DNA of 63,906 bases, the filler included, from Craspedostauros australis (lineage: Eukaryota), in the NCBI GenBank assembly GCA_030167865.1. It is 17 parts of 17 records of this genome, joined end to end, with 100 filler letters (N's around TTAATTAATTAA, not from the genome) between each part and the next. Parts side by side here need not be neighbours in the genome. Positions count along the whole stretch, not along the records: positions 39,563 to 55,583 come from JALAGF010001870.1; positions 55,684 to 56,772 come from JALAGF010001871.1; positions 56,873 to 59,107 come from JALAGF010001874.1; 14 more parts are not named here. The stretch is one strand, 5' to 3'. The translations under genes were made by a program, and so were the position numbers. The notes below the pieces were generated by a model. The model worked only from the letters and a program-made list of their open reading frames with translations, was not told the origin of the DNA and made no database searches. This document shows positions 47,107-59,207 of the stretch, in pieces. Each line of letters starts with the position of its first letter. Within the stretch, counting starts at the first letter, position 1.

Positions 47107-50100
47107 CTACAGCGACATTGGCAGCGAGATGTGCGACACCGAAGAGGAGGAGGACGACGACGACACCGTCGAGGCCTGGCATGATTGGTGACGCAGGTGG
47201 AATTCGGCGCTCTCCGAGCTGGCAGCGCCATCATCGTAGAACGAAGACATGATGTCGGTGTGATGCGTCCCGCCGCTGTGATGGTGGCTCTGCACCCTGT
47301 TGCGACGAGTTTCAGTCTTGTCGTTGATTTCTTCGTTGGCGTGCAGGATGAGATGCGCCAATCGCGTCACCATTCTTTGGCATCCCCATTCGGAGTAGAT
47401 CCGCCGTGCCTCCACGAGGTACGCCTTGGCGATGGATGATTCTCTCGACACGTCGCGCGAGCTCGCTATCTTCGTCATCTTCGTTGAGAGCCCGATCCTC
47501 CACGCATTCTCGGAGCCGCTGGGGTCTCGCGTGTAGCATAGGGCGAGCCTGGTCAACGCCATGGCGTGATCCACCTTGGTGGATCCTGCGCGTGCTGCGT
47601 CCAAGGATTCCTGGTACTTTTGGACGGCCACGGAGGACTGGTGTCGCTGTGCCGCCAGCTCTGCCTGGCACAGCAGCAGCTTGCTCTTTGTGTTGGCGGG
47701 ACAGCAGCCAAACACCTGCTCCATCGTCGCCATCGCAGAGCGCAGGCGTCTGGAGGATCGACCACGATCCACGATGATCAAGCACATCGTCTCCATGAAT
47801 GTCAGCTGGAGGCGGATGAAGTAATCCGTGCACCCTGCGTGGGCCATGATGCTGCTGCTACTGCTGTTGATCTTCAGCCCGAACATATCAGTTGCGCCTG
47901 ACAGGGCCCGGATCTGATTGATGGAATCATGGGCTTCGTCGTACTTGCCGCTGTGGAATGCCTCGAACGCCTTCCAGAAGATGAGCAGCTGTATGCCTTG
48001 CTTCGCCCCTGTCTCGCAGAAGTGCTTCAGAGCAGAGGCCTCGTTGAAAGTCGAAGCTGCGAGGAGGCGGTCTTCGTGGATGTTGTTCGGCGGTGGCGAC
48101 GCGCCTTCCTTGCCGTGACCCGTGAGACTGTTGATCGAATGCAACATCATGTCGATGTAGAGCAAGGACTGCGGGAGGGTGGCAACACCTGGCGAGGAAC
48201 GGGATGGCTGCAGGAATCTTTCCATGCCGAGCTGGTCCATGCGATCGATCAGCTTCGAGCGACCGACGCGGACCAGGGACAGGATCTGGTGCAGGTCCGA
48301 TCCAGCGCAAAGCATCGCCATCGCACGGCTGTGAAGGTCGATGGCGGCCACTTCCACGGGACAGCCGGGATCGGTGAGGGCCAGTGGTTGGTGCGTGGCG
48401 TAATCACCGAGGGGACTGCAGCACGGCTTGCAGAAGGAATCATGGAGCGTGTTGAGCAGGCACTGAAGACCTTTCGAGGCGTGGCATCTCTTGGCAATCT
48501 GCACGGCGATTTCACCACACTGCACACCATCGGACTCCATCCCGACGGATGGTTGCGTGAGTACGATTCCGTAGAGCATGAAGACTATGGAGGCATCCGC
48601 GGTGAGGTCTTGGGTGAGGACGATTCTCTTGAGGCAGACGCTGACAATTTCAGGGATGTACCTGAAGTAGCGGTGCTGGTGACGCAGGAGGGGGATTGCG
48701 AGGATGCGGATGATGCGAAGCGCGATCTGAGAACGTTGTTTCTCGGATGTTGCGCCGGCACGGCCCACGCCGATGGCATTCATTCTCCTGAAGGTCCCGA
48801 GCTCTACGAAGCTGGAGAGGAGATCCTGCGTCTTGGCGGTCGGTGCGGACGCCGTGGTGCTGTTTAAGGAGGCCTTGCTGCTGGATGCTGGGAGATGCGA
48901 GACCATCTGCTGAAGTCGTTTCAAGGAGGATCTCCATTTCTGGACGACCCGACGGCGGCAGAACTTTTTGTGGAAGGGGAATTCGTATCCCAGATCGTGC
49001 AGGATTTCAACTCCGGCAGCAATGGCTTCATCCACGCGATTCTGAAGCAGGAGCTGGTGCATCTTGAGCTCCAGGACGGGGATGCGGTCGACGAAGCTGC
49101 GGCTGTAGGAAATGACGGTGTTGGTGATGTGCTCCGCCTCTGTGTAGTTGCCGATGGCGGAACTGGAGATTGCCAGGCCCGTCATGATGTCCAATGCGAT
49201 GTTGTATCCCTCGAGCCAGATGCCCAGATTCGCCTCGTCCGTGACCTTCTGGTCGTGCGTCGTTCCGTGGTGGAAGAGGAGGTCCCTCGCTAGCTCAAAG
49301 TGGACATGTGCGACGCGATGCTGCTGCACCTTGAGCGCTTGGCTGGCCGCTGCCGAGACCGCTGTGGCCGCCCTGACGAGTTCGTTGTTGAGCAGCTCCG
49401 CATCTCGATCGACCTGCGAATGCGCATCGCCGCAGAGGCTGGAGACGAGCTGCACCGCGGCAACGTGGACGAACCTTGCGGAGAGGGTTGGATCGAGGTC
49501 GACGAGGTGCATGAGCGTTTGGCCTATGAACTTGTGGAGGTGGCTGACCCTGTCCTTGGGAATGGAGCGGTAGGCCTCTTCCTGGAGGAGGCGGTTGGTC
49601 CATTCCATGCTGAAGGGTGTCTGGGAGGAGAGGTTGTCCGCCAAGACGTGCTGATGGGCATGGTTGAGGCAGGCCGCGTTGTGCACGCATTCCTCATGGA
49701 CGCAGCAGTCCACGTGCATGATGCCGGAGGAGGTGAGAACGTCGATGGCGGAGCGGATGGACGCGAGGACGCTGTTGGAGGTTGCGTCGTGCGGCATGGC
49801 GTCATGGGAGGTTGGCGTGGAGAGGGCGCTGGCCCCATTCTGCATCTCTATGACGATGCCGATCAAGATGCTCCCATCGAAGGAGACGCCCAAGCACGAT
49901 GCTATCTGCATGAGACGATGCGCCATCATGCAGGTGGCGGAGGCCGTCTCTATGGCATGCGGGATGGTCCCCATGAGCGTCTCCTTGGAGACCTCGGGAT
50001 TGACGGGGTCGTCCCAGGTTCTCGTGGGCAAGACGGGCATGGAGGCGTGGCGGTGCGCCTGGGAGTGGATATCGGACATGTGGCGTTGCCTTTCAAGTTG

Positions 50101-52116
50101 TCGCAGACGGTCTTGCTGTTCCTGCTCTCGTTGCGCCGTGACCTGATGGGACAGCTGCCGCAACCACTGTCGAACCCAGAAGGGGTTGCCGTCCGTCTGC
50201 TCGATGAGCGCGGCGGCGGCTTTGTGTATCTGCGTTTGCGTGAGGATCCCCGTGAAGTGGTTGGACAGCATGGAGGTGACGGTGCGCAGGGAGAGGCCGG
50301 ATAGCTCCGTCGTGGAGGCCTGCGGGTGGTTGATGACGAAGCTCTGCCTGATCTCCGACAAGGTGCGTCGGTTCTCGTGCGGTCTCCTGCGCGATGAGTC
50401 GCAGGTGGCGATGACCAGCAGGCCCTGGCCGATCGGTCTGCGCGTGGGTGTGGTGACCGGTGGCAAGGAGGGATCGTCCGTGTTGGGAGGCAGGAGGATG
50501 TCCTGCAGGAGCGAGACGGAGGCATCGTCCATCCAGTGGATGTCATCTAGGACGATGATGAGGGGGGTGTCCCTGGAGTCGCAGTAGAGGTTGAGGAACT
50601 TGGCGCAGGCGATGCGTGCGGCGCTGTTGGTCGTGAGGGTGTAGTCCTCGACCGTCCATTGGTGCTGCTGCTTGTCGGCGCGGGCCTTCGCTGCTTGCTT
50701 GGCCCTGGCCGTGTCGAGGGCGTCGACCGGGGGGAAGAGCTTGCGCATGCTGGGGCAGACGTTGCCCAGGGCCGTCTTCTCATCCAGCGACAGCGCCTTG
50801 GAGATCTTCCTCCAGAGCCGCGATGGTGAGTCCGCGCATGCTTGTGTCTGACGAGATGCCGATGCCTTGTGGAAGTCCAGAGGGTCGGCATCCATGGTGG
50901 GGATGGGCGCGATGGTGGCGGCGATTTGCTCCAGAAGGGAGACGAAGGGCATGTAGGGTTGCTGGACGCTGCGGCTCGCCTTGTTGGATGTCGACGCAAG
51001 GCCTGCTTTGTTGGTTTTAGAGCGGTTAGTGTTGGAGCGAACTTCAACTCCGACGCAGACCGGCGCCAGACATCGGGCCAGCAGGAGATCTCCACCATCC
51101 TGCTTGACCCTGCTCGCCAGGTAACCCGCGAGGCTGGTCTTTCCCGTGCCCGGACCGCCCGAGATGAGGACGAACTCCGTCGGCGCCAAGGACTTGGATG
51201 ACGGTGACGATGCCAGCGACTTCCTGGATGGCGCGGATGCCAAGGTGGGCATCTGCTTTAACGATCCCGAGGATGAGATGGACCAGGTGGCGGATGAGAG
51301 CACGGACGATGCCGAGGACGAGAAGGAGATGAAGGAAGCGCTGGAGTCTGACGCGATGGAGACCGAGGCTGACGACGTCGATGACATGGAGGAGGATGAT
51401 CGCCTGGAGTCCGCGGTCGTGACGCTGTCCGAGTCGGAGAAGATGTTCATGGCGCGATTGTACGCGTTGTTGAGGAGCGATGTCTCAAAGCGTCGATCCA
51501 GCAGCACGCCTTCCTGGTTCTCGTGCAGGTCGTGCGACAGACACATTTGCGGTTGTTGTTGTTGCTGTTGTTGTTGCTGCAAATCCTTCGCATCCGACAG
51601 AGGGCCACCCGAAGCCGAAGCAGCAACAGGCATGGCAGCGACGTTGGCGTTGTCAAGAGAGCCGCGTCTGCAGGGTTTCGTTGGGCCATTGTCCAGCGGT
51701 CTGTTTGGTTCTTCCGGAGTGTGGAGGTTGCTGCTGTCGTTGCCGTTGTCGTTGCTGTTGCCGCTGGCCGATGCATCTCCAGGTGCCGCAGCTGTGGATG
51801 ACGATGTGGATGGTATCGTGCTGGGAGGTGTGGTATGAGTGGGCGATGGTTGGAAGCGGGCCTGCATGGACACCCCATCCGACAGAGCGGCATCATGAGC
51901 ATCAGGACTGTCAGGAGTATCATGAGGACTCCCAGCAGTGTCAGGACTCTCAGGAGCATCTGAAAGACCTTGCCTAGGAGATCTGTTCCGATTCTCAGGA
52001 GCTCTCCACTGATTCGTCCTCCATTGCCTTCGGAAAACCTCCTCGTCTGAGTGAACCCGCGGGACATCGCGCTGCTCGGGTATCGATGGGAGCTCCATCG
52101 TGGTTCTGCTCTTCAT
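47107..52116 (-). CDS. STAND-like AAA ATPase (AAA_16-type) with long helical C-terminus
   Basis: Walker A VLISGGPGTGKTSL, Walker B IIVLDDIHWMD, GxP motif TDGNPFWV and IASCLG. Disordered Ser/Gln-rich N-terminus. ATG at 52116 chosen as start. Confidence 0.82.
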   Translation of the reverse strand: MKSRTTMELPSIPEQRDVPRVHSDEEVFRRQWRTNQWRAPENRNRSPRQGLSDAPESPDTAGSPHDTPDSPDAHDAALSDGVSMQARFQPSPTHTTPPSTIPSTSSSTAAAPGDASASGNSNDNGNDSSNLHTPEEPNRPLDNGPTKPCRRGSLDNANVAAMPVAASASGGPLSDAKDLQQQQQQQQQPQMCLSHDLHENQEGVLLDRRFETSLLNNAYNRAMNIFSDSDSVTTADSRRSSSSMSSTSSASVSIASDSSASFISFSSSASSVLSSATWSISSSGSLKQMPTLASAPSRKSLASSPSSKSLAPTEFVLISGGPGTGKTSLAGYLASRVKQDGGDLLLARCLAPVCVGVEVRSNTNRSKTNKAGLASTSNKASRSVQQPYMPFVSLLEQIAATIAPIPTMDADPLDFHKASASRQTQACADSPSRLWRKISKALSLDEKTALGNVCPSMRKLFPPVDALDTARAKQAAKARADKQQHQWTVEDYTLTTNSAARIACAKFLNLYCDSRDTPLIIVLDDIHWMDDASVSLLQDILLPPNTDDPSLPPVTTPTRRPIGQGLLVIATCDSSRRRPHENRRTLSEIRQSFVINHPQASTTELSGLSLRTVTSMLSNHFTGILTQTQIHKAAAALIEQTDGNPFWVRQWLRQLSHQVTAQREQEQQDRLRQLERQRHMSDIHSQAHRHASMPVLPTRTWDDPVNPEVSKETLMGTIPHAIETASATCMMAHRLMQIASCLGVSFDGSILIGIVIEMQNGASALSTPTSHDAMPHDATSNSVLASIRSAIDVLTSSGIMHVDCCVHEECVHNAACLNHAHQHVLADNLSSQTPFSMEWTNRLLQEEAYRSIPKDRVSHLHKFIGQTLMHLVDLDPTLSARFVHVAAVQLVSSLCGDAHSQVDRDAELLNNELVRAATAVSAAASQALKVQQHRVAHVHFELARDLLFHHGTTHDQKVTDEANLGIWLEGYNIALDIMTGLAISSSAIGNYTEAEHITNTVISYSRSFVDRIPVLELKMHQLLLQNRVDEAIAAGVEILHDLGYEFPFHKKFCRRRVVQKWRSSLKRLQQMVSHLPASSSKASLNSTTASAPTAKTQDLLSSFVELGTFRRMNAIGVGRAGATSEKQRSQIALRIIRILAIPLLRHQHRYFRYIPEIVSVCLKRIVLTQDLTADASIVFMLYGIVLTQPSVGMESDGVQCGEIAVQIAKRCHASKGLQCLLNTLHDSFCKPCCSPLGDYATHQPLALTDPGCPVEVAAIDLHSRAMAMLCAGSDLHQILSLVRVGRSKLIDRMDQLGMERFLQPSRSSPGVATLPQSLLYIDMMLHSINSLTGHGKEGASPPPNNIHEDRLLAASTFNEASALKHFCETGAKQGIQLLIFWKAFEAFHSGKYDEAHDSINQIRALSGATDMFGLKINSSSSSIMAHAGCTDYFIRLQLTFMETMCLIIVDRGRSSRRLRSAMATMEQVFGCCPANTKSKLLLCQAELAAQRHQSSVAVQKYQESLDAARAGSTKVDHAMALTRLALCYTRDPSGSENAWRIGLSTKMTKIASSRDVSRESSIAKAYLVEARRIYSEWGCQRMVTRLAHLILHANEEINDKTETRRNRVQSHHHSGGTHHTDIMSSFYDDGAASSESAEFHLRHQSCQASTVSSSSSSSSVSHISLPMSL

Positions 52117-52330
52117 GTTGTACGTTGATGTGTTGTGTTGTGCTGTGGTATGGTAGTTGTCGTAGTTGTTAATGTAGTTATAGTAGTTGTCGTGGTTGGA
52201 TGGAGCGTCTTTCTTGGTTGTGATGAATGGATTGCAAACAATGGCTCTTGATGTGCGCAATGGATGTCCTTTAGACCTGTGGCTGTTGTTCTGATTGATG
52301 CTCTGATTGATGTTCTGGGTGTCCTCTCAC

Positions 52331-52369
52331 TCGAAGTCTTGATCGAAGTCTTGATCGAAGTCTTGATCG
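52331..52369. repeat. 12-bp tandem repeat (TCGAAGTCTTGA x3)
   Basis: Three perfect units upstream of the AAA ATPase gene. Confidence 0.9.
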
Positions 52370-54974
52370 GACTTGAACGTAGATGGTAGGGATGTTGCTG
52401 TGGATGCTTTGTCTGGATGCTTTGTCTGGATGTGCTCAACAATCGTCCAAGCCGAGCATGCGAGAGTAGGAGAGTAGGAGAATGCGAGAGTGGAATGCTG
52501 GATGGGACTCTGGATAGTCGTCAGGCAGAGCACCAACACTCAGAAGCGGGATGGATTGGGGGCTTCCTGTATCGAATGTCTCTTGTGTTGGATGTCGCTG
52601 TGATGGTTGGAGTGGGATTGCAGGGTGCAGGCACAGGGTCGAGCGACTGGGAGTGGTCGAGAGTGGTTGGGAGTGGTTGGGAGTGGCTGAGGGTACTTGG
52701 AGGCGTACTTGCAAGTGGTCGGGCAGTCTCCACAACGACGAGAACGACCAGCGAAAGAGGCCCAAGCAACAGCGATCGTCGTGGTTGTGTTTGCTTGCCA
52801 TCAGTGCCTGCCAGTGGTGCTTTCGTGGGTTTCCACATTGCCCAACGCCCACAAGTACTACTACTCGCGGCAGCGGCGGGGCCAGAAGCACCCTGGTTGG
52901 TCACGATGAAGTTGGCACGTGAGTTCGCGAGGTTGGGAACAAGCACTGTGCCGTGCCTCTCCGCGCGTCCCACCCTCTTTCTTGCCCCTGACTGCGTCTT
53001 GTTACGCGCAGAACACTTCCAAGCTCCCCCCTGTGGTTGGTAGCTCGCACGCGTGCGACCTGTACGTACTGTTCCTTCCGTTCCCCTCCTGTTCCTGAAA
53101 TGCTCCTCTCGCTCTTTCCCCTCCTTCTGCTCGTTGTTTCTGCTCGTTGTTGATTGCGCTGCCGTGTTGATGTCACCCCAACGCCACGCAACACCTTCTT
53201 CCCTGTCCGCAGGGCTGTTGACGTACGACCCACTCCACCATACAACTACTCCAGAGTACCGCAGAGTACAAGCGCACACTAATTCCTCAACGTGGTCAGA
53301 GCGTGGCGGCTTTTGCCATTTTTTCACCAGGAAGTTCTGGTTGCGTCCGCACTTGCGGCCACAGTTGTGCATGTGGCGGCAGGTACTGCCTGCTTCGCTA
53401 TTTATCATCGTCACGTCAAATGTCTTGGGCGCGATGTCTTGGGAGCGTCTGATTGGACCATGTCTCCGCTAAAGTATCATCTACTGCCCTTGCTGCCGGG
53501 CGCGGATAGGCCCAAGCTTAAGTCAAAACAAACAACTCGTGATTTCACTGCTACCAAGCACATGCGGCAATGGCATGACCCAACCAATCAACTTTCTCGC
53601 AATTATGTCATTTCTGGTCATACAATCCAGACAAATTTGGGTTCCTTCCACACGGTTCACAAAACCGCACAACGTCAGACCCACAAGATCAGACAGGAGC
53701 GCTCGTATCGTGGCTGGGCCAACGGAAGGACCTGACCAGTACCGCTGCGAGCCTCCTTTCTCACGCACGCCCAGCAAAACCCTCAAAATAGTGCCATCAC
53801 TGCAAATGGAAGGTTAACTAATGGAGCCTGAGGCGAAATATCCCCTGTCCTGGATGTCCGCGACCCTTGTGTCCAACAAAGGCGCCTTTCTTCCTCACTC
53901 ACCCACCCACTTCCTCGTTTCTCACCGCAAGACCACTTTGTCCAACCGCTAGCGCCACGCACACAAACATCGCGTGCCTCCCAGCCAATCGATGGTAATG
54001 GGAAAGAAACCACAAGATGCGGAACAAGAACACACAGGAATGCGACATTCCATGACAGCCTCCACATCGATAACCAACGGCGGCGCAAATGCACACAACG
54101 ACGCAACACATCGCGAGGAATCGTGCAACATGTCCGCGTCGAATTGTCGCGATGCCTCCAACGAACCTGTCGACAATAGTAGTAACTGTGCCCGGTTGCG
54201 GCGAAAGTGTGAAATAGATAGCGCAGGTCGTGGAGAGGACCCAAGGCTCCCACCGACACTAGCTGCAAATTGTACGATGGCTTCACACAACGCCACGAGA
54301 GAAGTTGTGCAGAAGTCGAACACAGCCACATGGTCGTGGAATGTCTTCACTTCCTTTTCCGACAACAACGAGGAAACTGCATCGTATCAGTCAAAGAAGT
54401 CAACTGGAAACTCAAATTCATGACTGAATCCAACACAGGACTCGTTACAGAACAGAATCTTCCACAACTCTGCCAACGATCAGAACCGCGAAATGAATGA
54501 TGCGGAAGAGTGTGTCCGAAAGATCCGCTGCGGTGGACCTCTCTCGATGTCTTGGGGTCTGATCACAACAGAGGAGAGTGATGGACGGAGAGCATGCTGC
54601 CCGCATGGCACCAACATTAGTTCGAGCAAGTAGCATTAGCTCGTATCTGTGGCGCATCATTCACACGGGATGAACACTGCTTGGGCGAAAGGAACATGGA
54701 CCGAAATAGAATACCACAGAGATGCCCGCTGTGCAAGCTCGCTGCGGGGGGGGGGGGGGGGGTCAGGCCTTGCATGCAGGACGGTATGTGCCGGCAGTGT
54801 GGCATCTACGTGAGCGTGTTGCTCGCAAGAGCACACGCAGTATTGGTGATCGTATGAATGGCGTTGATAGGAGGATGTTCTATTTATGAGATTTATTGTG
54901 CGTTTGTGAGTGATGATGGATTGTAGAGGCTCAGCGAGTGCTCCAGGACTGTTCAGCGCGAACATCCTTCCTCT

Positions 54975-55583
54975 TTAGGCGGCCTTACCCGCGAGGGTGC
55001 GCTGCTTCGGTCTTGTTGGGGATTTGGCGGAGGGCACTGGTGCTGGTGAAGCAGCATCGATTCCTGCTCCTCCCATCTTGGCGATCTTGAGAATGGATCT
55101 CACGCCTTGGCTGGATCTTCCCAACGACTGGAAGATCTGCTTGGTTGGCGCGACGATGCTCTTGCTGTTGCTGCTCTTCATGGTGATGGTGAAGTCACTG
55201 CTACCACTCTTGTCGCTGTTTTCTGTGTTGTCTGTATTGTTTGGAGCACCGTAGACGATCTGCTCGTCCATGCGTCCACGGATGTGCGCCTGGGCCAGCG
55301 AATGCCTGCAAGCCTGGGAGTACAGAGCTGCAATGAATTCTGGATCGCTCTCTCCATCCTCCTGCTGCACTTCCTGCTCGCCCATGACGGCATCCCACGC
55401 CATGCGCTTGCGCTTCGTCTTGCGTGCGGATCCCTCCCTTGTGCGGGCCTCCAGACCGCGTGGGACGGTGGCAAGGGTGCCATGGTGCAGAGCGTGCAGC
55501 TGGTTCTTGACGTCCTGGCGCATCGTCTTGCTCTCATCGTCGCTGTACCAGCATGAGAAGTACTCATCGTCTGTGAATTCCTG
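54975..55583 (-). CDS. Hypothetical protein of a common diatom family (partial)
   Basis: Motif series WY...RGLEART..G...AV..EQ..Q...DPEFIAALY...A..RG..D, recalled from uncharacterised diatom proteins. Confidence 0.65.
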   Translation of the reverse strand, partial: QEFTDDEYFSCWYSDDESKTMRQDVKNQLHALHHGTLATVPRGLEARTREGSARKTKRKRMAWDAVMGEQEVQQEDGESDPEFIAALYSQACRHSLAQAHIRGRMDEQIVYGAPNNTDNTENSDKSGSSDFTITMKSSNSKSIVAPTKQIFQSLGRSSQGVRSILKIAKMGGAGIDAASPAPVPSAKSPTRPKQRTLAGKAA

Positions 55584-55683
55584 NNNNNNNNNNNNNNNNN
55601 NNNNNNNNNNNNNNNNNNNNNNNNNNNTTAATTAATTAANNNNNNNNNNNNNNNNNNNNNNNNNNNNNNNNNNNNNNNNNNNN

Positions 55684-55996
55684 AGCAGACTTGATCAATG
55701 GCCACCACTTGGTAAAGCACCCAGGTAGAGTCCGGAACGGGAAGATTGACCATACGAAGCAGGGGATTGCCAGGTTCATGATGAGAGGGAAACGGGGCAG
55801 ATGCTGTGTGTGCACGAACTCGTCAAGGTACCATTGCCTGAACTGTCGAACGGGGTCTCCAGGCCAAACTGTTTGGTGCTGCGAAATGAAGGAGTACGAC
55901 GGAATATTTCGACGATGTTTCGAAATCCATGCAGAGAAACACGCCGGTTCAAGGTCGCGTAGTTCCACACACCCAGACACCATGACAGATAGTTAA
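55684..55996 (+). mobile_element. C-terminal Cys-rich domain of a piggyBac-like transposase (fragment)
   Basis: Pattern H...RCCVC...YHCLNC...VWCC...CFEIH just before the stop codon. Catalytic domain not on this contig. Confidence 0.5.
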
Positions 55997-56689
55997 AGAA
56001 AGATGAGTGAAGAAGTCTGTGTCACAACTCTTTCTATGTTCAATGGATCGTATGCGAAAGCCAATGCAATGCATGACAGGAAGTGAAATGCCGCAGGGGG
56101 AGGGATGATCGGCAGGAAGAAGCGATGCCACCGGTTTCCAGTGACCGGACCCGACGATATTGGATGTGGCAGAACTCAACGAGGAGAAGAGACGTGAACA
56201 CCAAACTTCGGGGAGGGATGCAACAGATGCAGGAGAGATAGCTGGTAAAGTTTGGTGTTGGTTGGATTGAGTAAATGTTAATCCGGAGCAAAAGAGTGCG
56301 GATGTTGGTGGTTTTTTGCAAGTTGGTGCTGTTTTCCTCGTGGCGGCTCCGTACAGTTGTACCAGGATTCGACTACTTCGACCCTGTAGCCCCTTGTGGC
56401 CCCTTGTGGCCCCAAATGGGGCCGACACAAAAAGCGGATAGGCACTAGGTATCTCAGGACAGATTCCCAAGAACATTGAACCTTCGGCAAAAAACAACGA
56501 ATTTTGTGCTGTTGGACCACCTGTCTGATATGTTTGCATAGATAGATCCATAAAACTTCAACTAGGACACAACTAAAAATGTATTGCTTGACTCCTTATG
56601 AGGAGATTACAAGGAGTACGAATATGTGCTTGGTTTGGATATCGCAGACCAAGAATTAGAATGCCTATTTCTAAGTGCAGGTCGACCCG

Positions 56690-56772
56690 TGTCGAGATGT
56701 ACATGTGAGTATATGTCGAGATGTACGAGTATATGTGCATCGTTCACCCGTTATTCTCTCATACGCACTTGG
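56690..56772 (+). mobile_element. Copia LTR fragment beginning at the internal TGTCGAGA junction (cut by contig end)
   Basis: Matches 12182-12264. The upstream flank is unrelated to the 86-bp module. Confidence 0.85.
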
Positions 56773-56872
56773 NNNNNNNNNNNNNNNNNNNNNNNNNNNN
56801 NNNNNNNNNNNNNNNNTTAATTAATTAANNNNNNNNNNNNNNNNNNNNNNNNNNNNNNNNNNNNNNNNNNNN

Positions 56873-56926
56873 CCGTCACTCGATTCAAATAGCCGTCATT
56901 TGATTTAAATAGCCGTCATTCGAAAT
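56873..56926. repeat. Imperfect 20-bp tandem repeat (CCGTCAYTYGATTYAAATAG)
   Basis: About 2.5 units at a contig start. Confidence 0.75.
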
Positions 56927-57525
56927 ATTTAGAATGTCGAACTGCATGGTTTCTTACCTGACGGGACTCGATCAAGCCGGCGAGCTGCATCGTTGCCTCG
57001 CTGTGTTTATCCGAAGTAGGACCAACAGGATGCCTCCATAAGTTCTTCGAAGGAAGACTTGTTCTTCATCGATGTCAAAACGTCGCATGTGGCTTTCTCG
57101 TGTCTGAGTGACAAAATCGTTCTTGGGTGTCGAATTAGTCGTACTAGTCGATTTTCGTTTCCGTTGCTTTTTGCCGGGTGTCCCCGTTCAAGTCATTGGT
57201 GAATCAATGTCCATTCATGACTCGATGAGAACGTGATTGGGTATCTTCTTTCTCCGTGAATGAAGGTGCAAACACTTCCCGCGCTCGTGAGAAACATCAA
57301 CATCAACATGAGCACTTCCCCCTGACTTTGACAACGGTTGGCGACATCGTTGACAGCATCGTTAACAACCCCTCTGTTGACGATGTTGCCAGCCCCGGCG
57401 CTGCCTGCCACAACAGCCACAGACAGCAGTGACTATCTTCCTGTTGTGTGAGCAATCCTCGACATTGCTCATAAAAATGCAGTATTAGTATTTTACATTC
57501 GAAACCAAACAAGAACAAAACAGCA

Positions 57526-58590
57526 ATGACAGCAGAAACAAGCAACATGGTGGCAGCCGGCAGCAGCGACAATGGCGGCGACAGCGAGAGCATCCCGACC
57601 ATCAACCTGAGCCCCATCGACGAATTCCTTCGCGATCCTGACCAAATCCAGGCTTTGCAGCACGCAGCCTTCGAGGTTGGCTTCTTCTACTTGGACAACC
57701 ATGGCATCGATCAGCAGACCATCGACGGGGTCCTTGACCAAACCAAGGCCCTCTTCCAGCTTCCGGTTGAGAAGAAGCTGATGATGGTGGACCGCGCCAT
57801 GAGTCGGGGATACCTGGCATTGGGCAACGAGACTTTGGACCCTGCTGTGCAGAAGGATAAGGGCGACACGAAGGAGGGCTTCTACATTGGCAAGCACATT
57901 GCGGAGACCGATCCGATGTACGACGTCTCCAAGCTGCGCGGTCCCAACCAATGGCCGTCCGATGAGCATGGCATTCCTGACTTCCAACCGACGATGGAAC
58001 GGTACTATCAAACGGCAATGTCGGTGGGTCATCAGGTCGTCCAGATGCTCGCCGTGGCGCTGGATGTGGAGCCGACCTACTTTGATTCCCATTTCGAGAA
58101 CCCCATCACCACGCTGCGGTTGAATCGATACGAACCCACCAAGAGCGATCCCGACAACGGCATTTTTGCATGCGGCGCGCACTCCGACTACGGCATGATC
58201 ACGCTGCTGCTCACCGACGACAACCCGGGGTTGCAAATCTTGACCAAGCGCGGGGAATGGATCGACGTGCCGCCACAACCCAACAAGTTCGTCATCAACC
58301 TCGGCGATATGCTGGAGCGCTGGACGAATGGGAAATGCAGGAGCACGAAACACCGCGTGCTGAGCAACGGGTCGCGAGCACGCTATTCCGCGCCCGTCTT
58401 TTACGATCCGTCGTTCGATGCGCTCGTGGAATGCCTTGACAATTGTCGCGACTATGACAGCGGCGAACGCAACGCCGATGGGACCAAGCGCGTGCATCAG
58501 CTCGAGCCCATTACGGTCGGGGCGCATCTTCTGCAAAAGTACGAACAGACGCACAAAGAGTTTTCAAACAATGATGCAAGCAGCAACTAA
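57526..58590 (+). CDS. 2-oxoglutarate/Fe(II)-dependent dioxygenase (IPNS/DIOX_N family)
   Basis: GFFYLDNHGI, GPNQWP, LRLNRY, iron triad HSD...H (GAHSDYG; KHRV), RYS motif and NLGDMLERWTNG. Confidence 0.95.
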   Translation: MTAETSNMVAAGSSDNGGDSESIPTINLSPIDEFLRDPDQIQALQHAAFEVGFFYLDNHGIDQQTIDGVLDQTKALFQLPVEKKLMMVDRAMSRGYLALGNETLDPAVQKDKGDTKEGFYIGKHIAETDPMYDVSKLRGPNQWPSDEHGIPDFQPTMERYYQTAMSVGHQVVQMLAVALDVEPTYFDSHFENPITTLRLNRYEPTKSDPDNGIFACGAHSDYGMITLLLTDDNPGLQILTKRGEWIDVPPQPNKFVINLGDMLERWTNGKCRSTKHRVLSNGSRARYSAPVFYDPSFDALVECLDNCRDYDSGERNADGTKRVHQLEPITVGAHLLQKYEQTHKEFSNNDASSN

Positions 58591-59207
58591 TGATGGAGTC
58601 ATGAAGTGCAGAACTTGTCAACCCTACGAGATTCCAACAATTACACAATGAATATATAGCAGAAGTAATTTGCCAATGAAACACTGATCGTACGAGTATG
58701 TTGCTCCAATCAATTTGCGTAGTAATGACCGATCAGCACCTCAGAATAACACTTTACAGATGAAATCACCTCAATCCTGCCGTGTTTTCAATTCACAGAC
58801 CATGGCACTGCCACGGCGCTCTCTTGTTTTGAAAGCGCGATTCCAAGGCTCCATTCAAGTCTCTCTCCGACCCAGCTCGCAGGGCATGCAATCGCACCAC
58901 CGGTTTTTGTTCGGCGAGCCCCATTGTGCATCTTTCCTGCCGATGGAGCAAGCGGGCTCAGCTTGTGGTCTGCGCTTTGCCATCGGTGATCCAACCAGGC
59001 ACTTGATCGCCTGCCACTGTTCGAATTGGAGTCATCGGCTGGCTTCGCGTCATCATGCGCAGCCGTTTCATGCTGCGAGTGGAGTAGTCGTAGATCCGGT
59101 GAGCTATNNNNNNNNNNNNNNNNNNNNNNNNNNNNNNNNNNNNNNNNNNNNTTAATTAATTAANNNNNNNNNNNNNNNNNNNNNNNNNNNNNNNNNNNNN
59201 NNNNNNN

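Noticed and set aside
52417..54423. Several 150-300 aa ORFs upstream of the AAA ATPase
   Set aside because: They overlap, are low-complexity and show no motifs, so they are probably spurious intergenic frames.
6938..58590. Biosynthetic gene cluster joining the FAAL-Pls gene with the reductase and 2OG oxygenase
   Set aside because: The oxygenase is on another contig. The reductase fragment is ~4.9 kb away across transposon debris, with no evidence of a functional link.
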